Assembly (NCBI GenBank): GCA_016748015.1
Contig: JAAOMT010000786.1
Coordinates: 131,903 to 195,902, forward strand
Direction of reading: 5' to 3'
Length of the DNA: 64,000 nucleotides
Source of the DNA: Geosiphon pyriformis uo1
Lineage: Eukaryota > Fungi > Glomeromycota
Shown: in pieces, positions 1 through 9,623 of the stretch
Layout: every line of letters begins with the position of its first letter
How positions within the stretch are numbered: the first letter of the stretch is position 1
Program-made: the position numbers and the translations under genes
The notes under the pieces: model-generated
What the model was told of the DNA's origin: nothing
Seen by the model: the letters and a program-made list of their open reading frames with translations, nothing else
Databases searched by the model: none

Positions 1-246
1 TCAAAGTAATAGGTTGTATAAGCTGTGTAGGTTTCAGCTAAATGCTTGTTCAGGAACCAGTTCCAAAAGTCTTGGAATTGTCTACTGGATTGTTTTCAAA
101 GGGGAAGCAGATCAAGCAGGAGGGCAGAGGATTAAGTTCAATAAAGTCTAAATTGTTTTTGTTGTGTGCTGCAAAGTGTTCTTCTGATTGCTGTGGCAGA
201 TATGAGTAATTACCCATACAATGAGAGAATAAGTGAATTTTAACAA

Positions 247-263
247 CCTCACAGGGAGCACCA
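247..263 (-). promoter_or_regulatory. Primer-binding site TGGTGCTCCCTGTGAGG
   Basis: TGG start complementary to tRNA CCA, 6 nt after the LTR end; identical to 1959-1975. Confidence 0.85.
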
Positions 264-269
264 CTTTTA

Positions 270-925
270 TGTTATGAGTTGGAGTAACAAGCTAACAGAT
301 AGCAAAGGAGAACAGAATTGTAGGGTGATAGAAATAATCAAAGGGGAATTCAACTTTAAAGAATGAATTGAATGAGTATGAATTCAATGTGTGAGATCAG
401 TCTCATAAAATATCTCAATCGCTATTCTTTTCAAAAGGTAACAAGAGAATCTGAAGGTAGAGGGATAGTCCATACTGTTAACAATTGATAACTGCTAGTA
501 TAATTCTATGCCTCACATCAGGGCTCTTAGAATTCAATATCAGGTATTAATTTGTGCTTTTCAGTCACGTTTATTTAAATAATCTTCAAATGTTACAATT
601 ATATACATTAGAAAAAGGCCAACAAGTAATCTTTTATCCTAAAATGTTCGGATACTTAAAGATAGGGAAAGGGAAATTAGCGATAAGAGAGTGATTGAGA
701 TGAAAGTTGTTATTTTTATTTATTTGATTCTTGTTTGAGAGATGATTTTCTACAGCTAAGAGACTCATTGCTTATATAGCTAATGAAAGTGGTCAATGAC
801 CAGGTCAACAGTCAGGTCATTGATCAGATCAATGATCACTATCTAAAAATAGAGTGGCTAATTATATGACATCAGTGACTAATACATGTGATAACTAATA
901 AAAATTATGGGTTTCAACCATAACA
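270..925 (-). repeat. Family A 5' LTR (656 bp) of the inverted copy
   Basis: TGTTAT...ATAACA termini; homologous to 1227-1952 and 8286-8939; four 12-bp repeat units. Confidence 0.92.
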
Positions 926-1226
926 ATATAATTTTGTATAAGAACTTTGTTTTTAAGAACTGGACCAATAAAATGGTATTGATCTTTAGTAATAATAAAA
1001 AAACTGTTTTAATAATAGTCAATTTCATTTACTATTTGGCTGAAAAACATCATAATAAGTTATAAGTGTTTAAATTAAAATTCAGAGTAGACATAGAAAA
1101 AAGTAGTCTAATTAATAATATAAAAGTAATGTTTATTAGTTTTTGTATTTTGTTTAATGTTTTGTCAATTAAATTGTTTGTTTGCTCAGTATTATTAAGT
1201 TTTTTACTATTAGTTTTGGATTATAC
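926..1226 (+). pseudogene. Decayed LINE ORF2 C-terminus (target of both family A insertions), left part
   Basis: Translates LYKNFVFKNW...KFRVDIEKSSL...SFGLY, matching LYKGFVISNW...YRMSMEKAGL...SFGCH in the LINE at 56715-57134. Confidence 0.8.
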
Positions 1227-1952
1227 TGTTATGGTTGAAATCCATAATTTTTATTAGTTATCACATGTATTAGTCACTGATATTATATAATTAGCCACTC
1301 TATTTTTAGATAGTGATCATTGACCTGATCAATAACCTGACCGTTGACCTGATCATTGACCTGATCAATGATCTGATCGTTAATCTGATTATTGACCTGA
1401 TCATTGACCTAGTCATTGACCTGATCATTGACCACTTTCAATAGCTATATAAGCAATGAGTCTCTTAACTGTAGAAAATCATCTCTCAGACAAGAATCAA
1501 ATAAATAAAAATAACAACTTTCATCTCAATCACTCTCTTATCACTAATTTCCCTTTCCCTACCTTCAAGTATTTGAACATCTTAGGATAAAAAATTACTT
1601 GTTGGCCTTTACCTGATGTATATAATTGTAGTATTTGAAGATTATTTGAATAAATGTGACTGAAGAGCACAAGTTGATACCTAATATTGAATTCTAAGAG
1701 TGCTGACATGAGGCATAGAATTATATCAGCAATTATCAATTGTTGACAGTATGGACTATCCCTCTACCTTCAGATTCCTTAGTTACCTTTGAAAAAAATA
1801 GCGACTGAGATATTTTATGAGACTAATCTCACACATTGAATCCATACTCATTCAATTCACTCTTTGAAGTTGAATTCCCTTTGATTATTTCCATCACCCT
1901 ACAATTCTGTTCTCCCTTGCTATCTGTTAGCTTATTATTCCAACCCATAACA
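1227..1952 (+). repeat. Family A 5' LTR (726 bp)
   Basis: TG...CA ends, TATA-like CTATATAAG near 1445, ten 12-bp units at 1314-1433. Confidence 0.93.
1314..1433 (+). repeat. Tandem 12-bp array (consensus TGATCATTGACC) x10 in the LTR
   Basis: Units counted directly; the other two LTRs have 4 units, which accounts for the 72-bp length difference from the 3' LTR. Confidence 0.92.
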
Positions 1953-1958
1953 TAAAAG

Positions 1959-1975
1959 TGGTGCTCCCTGTGAGG
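1959..1975 (+). promoter_or_regulatory. Primer-binding site TGGTGCTCCCTGTGAGG
   Basis: Directly downstream of the LTR; complementary to a tRNA ending ...GAGCACCA (isotype not resolved). Confidence 0.85.
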
Positions 1976-2004
1976 TTGTCAAAATTCACTTATTCTCTCA
2001 TTGT

Positions 2005-3559
2005 ATGGGTAATTACTCATATCTGCCACAGCAATCAGAAAAACACTTTGCAGCACACAACAAAAACAATTTAGACTTTATTGAACTTAATCCTCTACCC
2101 TCCTGCTTGATCTGTTTCCCCTTTGAAAACAATCCAGTAGACAATTCCAAGACTTTTGGAACTGGTTCCTAAACAAGCATTCAGCTGAAACCTACACAGC
2201 TTATACAACCTATTACTTTGACCAAGCTTATTTTGAAAACAACTTTGAAGAAAGAAACAACAGTATCAATCAGCTCTTATATTCTGCAACTTTTAAACAA
2301 CAACCCCCTGATTTCGAATATCTGAATCATTAAATCCACATTTGGATTGCTGCCCATTAACCAACTGAAACTTTCTTTGAAACAGAAGAAGAAAGCTACC
2401 AAACTGCTCTTGTTTTTGACCTTTTATCAAGCAAATTAGACTCATCTACACAAACAGTTACCCTTGAACCAATGGCTAATAACTCCATGCAAGCAAACAT
2501 TTTGGCCGCTCTTCAAGATATACAAACTGCTCTAAGAAAAAAAACAATACTCCACTACTATTATTTAGAGGTAATATACAAAATCCAATTAAATGGTTGG
2601 ATGATTTTGAAAGAGCTGCTACAGCCAACCAGTATGATGAAGAATACAAGTTCCAAATCATTGGTGGTTACCTCCAAGGCTTTCTTGCTACCTGGTTCTC
2701 ACAAGAAACAGATGCCAATGCTCAACACAGAATAATCAGATGGACACCTATCAATGCTGGAGAAGAAAATACCTCTTTTACTACCCAATTTGTGGCCAAA
2801 TTCAGAACTCCAATATTAATATTCAAATGGCGCATGGAATTGGAAAGAAGAACCCAAGGTCCTAAAGAAATAGTGACTAAATATGCTAAAGCTATTAGAA
2901 AGCTAATTAAGCATATAGACTCTGGTAGAAACTGGACTAAAGAGCAAAAGATCCACTTCTTTACAAAAGAATTGAGAACTGATTTATTTTATGCTCTTTG
3001 GCCTCTTTTGGCTTTAAAAGATAATCCCACCATGGATATGGCCATTGAACTCGCCCAAAAAATTGAAGACAATGAAAAAATGCATTTGGAATCCACACTT
3101 CCAGTTTTTGCTCCTGCTCCTGTTATGGCTCTTACTCCTCAAATAGCCACTACTTTTTTTGCTGCCCAGACACAAAATCCAAATAAACAATTAATAGATA
3201 AACTTACAGCAAATCTTGCTCAGCTATTAGAACCATTAGTCCAAGCAGTCAGAGATAACCAGCAACCACCAAAACCTAGATATGAATCTCATTTTAACCA
3301 GCTCCAGCAACTCTTTTACCAAAGACAGCAAAATTGTGGCCCTCCTGTGTGTTATAGATGTAGATTAACTGGACATTTCTTTAAAGATTGCAACAATCCT
3401 TCACTGCATCCTCCAGCTCTCAGAAACAATGACAACCAAAACAATAGACCCAACAACAACAACAATGTCTCTAATCAAAAACCCAATCATGTTAACATCA
3501 ATTTTTTTGGAAAGGATCCCCTAATTGAAGCCACTGTTTATCAGCTTTTAAACTGGTAG
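2005..3559 (+). pseudogene. gag: gag of family A (capsid-like domain, CCHC zinc knuckle)
   Basis: WLDDFERAATAN capsid-like start; CYRCRLTGHFFKDC knuckle; frameshifts and stops upstream of 2597. Confidence 0.88.
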
Positions 3560-3585
3560 GTGCACCTCCAAAAGGTGAGAGTGCA
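3547..3585 (+). promoter_or_regulatory. -1 programmed ribosomal frameshift signal (T TTA AAC plus downstream stem-loop)
   Basis: Heptamer is in X XXY YYZ phase of gag, two codons before the gag TAG; the -1 frame is open into pol (FKLVGAPPKGESASQ...MDELAINP). Confidence 0.8.
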
Positions 3586-6500
3586 AGCCAACCAGAAGAA
3601 AACCCCTTTTATGCTTTTAACTTAACTAATAATAACCATGACATGGATGAACTAGCAATCAACCCCTCTGAATTCACAAGAAAGAAGAAAAAAGCCAAAG
3701 TTGATTTCGTTCTGGATCCCAATAAAGCTTCTACATCAACTGCTGACAACAATGAGCCCCCAAAAGCCAAAGTTTTCAAGAACCCTCCAAAGTTGGAACC
3801 CCCAGAAATAGTACAAAAATCTGGCCCTATTCTGTTGTCAAAAACCTCATAGAAACCCCAGCACATATAACCTTTGGCCAATTGATAACCCATCTACAAT
3901 TCAGAAAAGATCTTTGCAAATCTCTGATTCCAAAGAAAAAAACACCCAAAACCAACAAACGCCTTTGCCAAGCTGGACTTGCTGACAATAGCAATGTTAC
4001 TCCTCTAATTTGCAAAGCCCAAGTGGCTGGCTATTTTATCAATTTGATCCTAGACAGTAAATCATCTGTTAGTGTTATTGCTAAACACTTTCTTGAAGCA
4101 ATTGGCAGAAAAATTGATGAACTATCCACATAACCAATGACTAATGTGCATAGTGATAAGAAAAAAGGGCTTGGTATAGCCAAAGCTATTCCTGTCTGCA
4201 TCAATGGCATCAGCATTAAAACTGATATGGAAGTATCTAAAGCAAAAGAATACACCATCATTGTTGGCAATAAATGGCTCAAGAAAACAAAAACTTTGCT
4301 TGATTATGAACTCTGTAAACTAACCATCAGATGTGGTGAGAAACCCATTGTGATTAAATGTTGCCATTGGACAACTTCCCCAGTACCCAAGCAGAGCCCA
4401 GAAGAAAATGAATCAGACAAATCAGATGATAAAGAAAGTGAGGAAGAAGAAAAACAAGAAGAACAAGAAGAAACTGCTGAATTCATCTATATCATCTTCA
4501 CCAGCAATGGCAAACCACTGGATAATGTCAAGACAGATAAAGAAGGAATCATTGTCAATGGCAAGCTGATCTGCTGGCCTTATTATGACATACTCAAAAG
4601 AACCTTTGACAGAAAGCCAGGCAAGAAAGCCAAATACAGTTATTGGTGGCATGGTTCTTGTGCTCGGTGCTGGTGTGACAAACCATTGTATTTTCCTAGC
4701 GATGAATGCATGTCCTGCCTGATCTATTACAAAGATTGGGAACCAATCAGCTTGATACTCCGTGAGGAAATAAAAGAAGTCTAAAAGTCCTTTGAAAACA
4801 AATCACCTGAAATCCAATCACTGGTTGTAGAACAAAGAGAACCCTCTCCAGAAAAAAGAAAGATAAACATTGAAAACCTGCTGGCTAGAAACAGTCCAGT
4901 TATCTTAAAAGAAGATAAACCTTCTGGACATATACATGTAATACAATACACCATCATCACCAGAGAAACTCATCCCATCCATTTGAAGCCCTATCAATCC
5001 AACCAGCACAATGATGAGTTTATCAAAAAGGAAATAATCCAAATGAAAAACCTTGGATTCATATAGGAAACCAAGAGTGAATGGGCATTCCCAGTTGTAG
5101 TAATATCCAAGAAAAGAGGAACTCTACGCTTTTGTGTTGACTATTACCAATTAAATGCCATTACTGAAAGAAATATGTACCCACTTCCCAAGATTGATGC
5201 AATGCTAAACCAATTCCATGGTGCTGTTTTCTTCTCAACCATTGACTTAACTGCTGGATTCTGGCAAGTAGAGATGGATTCAGAAAGCAGAAAAAAAACT
5301 GCCTTCATCACCAAGTATGGCATCTACAAATTCACAGTCATGCCTTTTGGTTTCACAAATGCTCCTCCCATCTTTCAATGCTTAATGGACAAAGTATTTG
5401 AATCAGTAAAAAAAAACTTTGTTCTAGTCTACTTAGACAACATAATGGTATACTCAAAAACCTGGGATGAATACCTTGAACATTTGCAAAAGGTTTTTGA
5501 CCTCCTTAGAAATGCTGGTCTTAAGATCAATCCAATCAAATCATTCTTTAGATGTCAATCCACCCAGTTCCTTGGCCATCTTATTACAAAAGATGGAATC
5601 TTCCCTGATCCAGCCAAAATTGAAAAAGTTCAAAACATTAGACAACCAATGAATGTTAATAAACTATGCTCTTTTCTTGGTTTGGCCTCTTATTATCACA
5701 AGTTTGTCAAGGATTTCTCCAAAATCACCACTCCTCTCAATTAGCTACTTAGGAAAAACATCAATTATCACTGGGGCACTCATCAACAAAAAGCATTTGA
5801 AATTCTGAAGGAAAAACTGGTTACAGAACCCATCCTCATGCAACCTAATCTGGATTGACTTTTTATCCTTCATACTGATGCATCTGGCTATGGACTTGGT
5901 GCTGTTCTTTCCCAGAAAGACAAAGATGGCAGAGAATATGTCATAGCATATGTCAGTAGAACTCTTACACCAGCAGAAAGGAACTACTCAGTCACTGAGC
6001 AAGAATGCTTAGCAGTAGTTTGGGCTACCAACTACTGGGACAAATATCTTAAGGGTGTGAAATTTTTGGTGGTAATAGATCACCAAGCTTTGGTTTGGCT
6101 ACACAACAAAAGAAACCTGAAACATAAATGGATAACTTGCTGAATACTCCACTTGAATGAATTCGACTATAACATTCAACACCACAAAAGAGCTAATCAT
6201 CAAAATGCCGATGCTTTCTCCAGACTTACCATCCAGTGATAGTAAAACCCTCTTAAACCAAACTAACTTAATTATTTGTAACTCCCTCACAAACAAACAC
6301 GATAATAGACTTGGACAATTATTCTGTCTTAATGGAATTTTTGGATAAAAGACAATACTCATCAGACTATACTTGACAGCAAAGAGAACATTTGCACAAA
6401 CAATCAAATTTCTATTTGATTCACCAGAACCAGTTATATAAAAGAAATAGAAAAGATCCTAACTGTCCCCAAAAAGTCATTAGATTTGAAGAAAGAGAAA

Positions 6501-7618
6501 TTGTGATCTATAATATGTACACTGATTCATTAGCTGGACACTTTGGAAAAACAAAAACGATTCAGAAAACTTTAGCTCGCTATTATTGGCCTATCTTGGG
6601 AAAAGACACTGCTGAATACATCAAAACCTGTGATACCTGCCAAAGAAGAAGAAAACCCAATCACAAGGAAGATATTCATCCAATCTTTGTTGGTCAACCA
6701 TTTGACAGAATTGGTATAGATGTTGTTGGACCTTTAACAGTAACTCCTGATGGCAACAGATACATTATCACAGTTACCAACTATCTTACAAAGTGGGTAG
6801 AAGCAAGAGCCACCCCAGATCAAACAGCAGTCTCAATTGCCAATTTCATTTATAAAGATATTATCTGTCATCACGGTTGTCTCAAAGAACTTTTATCTGA
6901 TAAAGGAAGAGCTTTTCTTAGTACACTGGTTGAAGAACTTTGCAGAAAAATGGGAATACATCATAAACTCTTTTCCCCTTATTACCCCCAAACAAATAAC
7001 CTAGTAGAACGTTTCAATAGAACACTATGTGAAACCCTAGCCAAAACCAGTGAAGAAACCAACCTATGAAACAAAGTACTGTCTTCAGTTTTGTTTGCTT
7101 ATAAAACTGTGAATTATAACATAACAAGTTATGAACCCTTTTATCTGCTCTATAGACAAATGGCAACTCTACCAATAGAAATGGATATAAAAACAATACT
7201 TTTTGAAAAAATAACAATAGGAGATTACAAGGACATTTTGCAAAGAAGACTTGGTACCATTTTTGACTCATTGGTAGAAGCATGAATAATTGCCTTTGAA
7301 AAGATAAAACAGTTTCAAGAGAAGCTCAAAAAAAAAAAGACTTATAAAATACTTTCCTTAAGTATTGGTGACTTAGTTTTGAAATACCATTCAGACAGAG
7401 ACAATGTCTATGATGATAAATTTTCCAGCCACTGGAAAGGACCTTTTATAGTCAACAAAGTTTTGAACAATAATTCATATATCCTACAAGATCAATATAA
7501 AACAATATTCAGTGATCGCCCTGTTCATGACACACAACTCAAGAAATATCACAAACGACCTGATTGGTTACTTGTTGTGGTAATACCAACCCAAATGATC
7601 AGCAAAAATCAGATATAA
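3553..7618 (+). pseudogene. pol: pol of family A: protease, Cys-rich insert, RT, RNase H, integrase with GPY/F motif, no chromodomain
   Basis: LILDSK (DSG), YPLPKID/MPFG/YLDN (YLDD), [17 protein letters not shown]...CDTCQ, IGIDVVGP, LLSDKG, VERFNRTL, WKGPF; many stops and some frameshifts. Confidence 0.93.
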
Positions 7619-7659
7619 ATAAATGCACCATTCCCAAAACAGAGGTATCTTCAATCGAC

Positions 7660-8316
7660 ATGAACAATTATTTTCTAGATCAAAACATTCAAAATGCTTT
7701 CTACACTCTCCATAAGTACTGGATTAAAAATTATCCAAATGCTACTCTGACCATTGGAAAACAAACCACCATAACTGATAACAATAGAACACATACTGTT
7801 ATTAGACCAAACAAAACCACTACCAGAAAAGAAAGAATTGGTAGCAAAATAGATAAGTATTTGCTGGAAAGCATAACAGCAGCAATACTTACACCTTCCA
7901 TAACAATTGGAAAAATGATTAAGGAAATCTTGCCCATAGACAAAAACTTGTTATATAGAAAGCAACTAGAACTCTATGGTTGTCTTGGTGAAATCATAGA
8001 AGAAATAAAGCTTATGAAGAAAACAACTTTAGAGATACAAGTGGAAATTTTGGACATTATACGTTTAAATGTTCTAAGAGTTTTGACCATTGCAAGAAGA
8101 GCCAAAACTCTTATACAAAGATTTGGTCTCTTGGATACAAAGCTTATTTCGCCTCAAGTACTATATACTCTATCCACAAAAGACTTCAACAAACTAGTTA
8201 GTTTTGAGTTAGACAAAACTCTTCAATTAGAATACCCTATAAATAGCTTAATTTTGCCAGAGCTCAATTTCTTTGGAGAGGATAATGTTATAGTTGAAAC
8301 CCATAATTTTTATTAG
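7660..8316 (+). CDS. Extra ORF3 of family A, 218-aa protein of unknown function
   Basis: ATG at 7660, uninterrupted to TAG 8314-8316 inside the 3' LTR; lies between integrase and the LTR. Confidence 0.7.
   Translation: MNNYFLDQNIQNAFYTLHKYWIKNYPNATLTIGKQTTITDNNRTHTVIRPNKTTTRKERIGSKIDKYLLESITAAILTPSITIGKMIKEILPIDKNLLYRKQLELYGCLGEIIEEIKLMKKTTLEIQVEILDIIRLNVLRVLTIARRAKTLIQRFGLLDTKLISPQVLYTLSTKDFNKLVSFELDKTLQLEYPINSLILPELNFFGEDNVIVETHNFY
8275..8285 (+). promoter_or_regulatory. Polypurine tract GGAGAGGATAA
   Basis: Abuts the TG start of the 3' LTR. Confidence 0.75.
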
Positions 8317-8939
8317 TTATCACATGTATTAGTCACTGATGTCATATAATTAGCCACTCTATTTTTAAATAGTAATCATTGACCTGATCAATGACCTGAC
8401 TATTGACCTGGTCATTAACCACTTTCAATAGCTATATAAGCAATGAGTCTCTTAGCTGTAGAAAATCATCTCTTAGACAAGAATTAAATAAATAAAAATA
8501 ACAACTTTCATCTTAATCACTCTCTTATCACTAATTTCCCTTTCCCTACCTTCAAGTATCTGAACATCTTAGGATAAAAAATTACTTATTGGCCTTTTCC
8601 TGATGTATATAATTGTAGTATTTGAAGATTATTTGAATAAACATGACTGAAGAGCACAAGTTGATACCTGATATTGAATTCTAAGAGCGCCAATGTGAGG
8701 CATAAAATTATACCAGCAGTTATCAATTGTTGACAGTATGGACTATCTCTCTACCTTCAGATTCCCCAGTTATCTTTGAAAAGAATAGTGACTGAGATAT
8801 TTTATGAGACTAATCTCGCACATTAAATTCATACTCATTTAATTCACTCTTTGAAGTTGAATCCCCTTTGATTATTTCTATCACTCTACAATCCTGTTCT
8901 CCCTTGCTATCCATTAGTTTGTTACTCCAACCTGTAACA
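8286..8939 (+). repeat. Family A 3' LTR (654 bp)
   Basis: Direct repeat of 1227-1952; TGTTAT...GTAACA. Confidence 0.93.
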
Positions 8940-8943
8940 ATAC

Positions 8944-9135
8944 AAAGCTTGTTTATTTTTTTTAAGTATTGTTAATAGTGCAAAAATTTATATAAATATA
9001 TAGTATTGTTTTAATTAACTTAAGTGACCAATTATATATAATAAATACATAAATTATACTTAGCTAAAATTATTTAGTTTGTTTTTATATATTAGGTAAT
9101 AATTAGGCTGTACTTATTAAATATAAAATAAATAA
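8944..9135 (+). pseudogene. Decayed LINE 3' end (last ORF2 codons and 3' UTR), right part
   Basis: Removing element A and one ATAC gives SFGLY-KACLFFLSIVNS in frame; the UTR aligns with the other LINE tails. Confidence 0.75.
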
Positions 9136-9623
9136 AATTAACTAAATGTTTTTTATATTTTTTTAATATGTTTTAAACTTTTTTTATTTTACAAGCTTTA
9201 AATTATAAGTTATTTTGTAAATATTAATAAATATTATATAAATTAGTTTAAGAATTTATACAAAATTAATTAATATTATAATTTATAAAATATATTATAT
9301 TTAAAAATATATAATTTTTTTTTTAAATTAACTAAAAAGTCATAATATATAGGTTTGTATTTTTATTAGTAAAAAATAATTAATTAAGTTATATAATTAA
9401 CATTTTATTAAATTAAATAATTTATAAATTTTAACATAATTTAGTAAAAAATTTTTAATAATAATAATTATATTAAAATTATTATTTTTTTATTATATGT
9501 TTAACAAATACAGTTTAATTACTATTTAAAAATTAGAAACAAATTAAGTATTTTAATGTTAAATATAGTTTATATGCTTTTTATATATAATTAGCTATTT
9601 GAATTAGTTTAAACTATATTATG

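Larger units (their letters stand above)
1..925 (-). mobile_element. 5' end of a Ty3/Gypsy family A copy (LTR, PBS, gag leader), running off the window start
   Basis: Reverse complement of 1-925 matches 1227-2221 (LTR, PBS and start of gag), mostly differing by transitions. Confidence 0.93.
1227..8939 (+). mobile_element. Full-length decayed Ty3/Gypsy LTR retrotransposon, family A (gag, -1 frameshift, PR-RT-RH-IN, extra ORF3)
   Basis: Two LTRs, PBS, PPT, ATAC 4-bp TSD (1223-1226 / 8940-8943), domain order PR-RT-RH-IN. Confidence 0.96.

Noticed and set aside
1066-1257. 63-aa hydrophobic ORF ending like ORF3 (VEIHNFY)
   Set aside because: Decayed LINE ORF2 reading into the LTR start; the shared C-terminus is just LTR sequence
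1314-1433. Repeat arrays as CRISPR-like
   Set aside because: Tandem units without unique spacers, inside eukaryotic LTRs
7660-8316. ORF3 as an env glycoprotein
   Set aside because: No signal peptide, transmembrane anchor or Cys pattern
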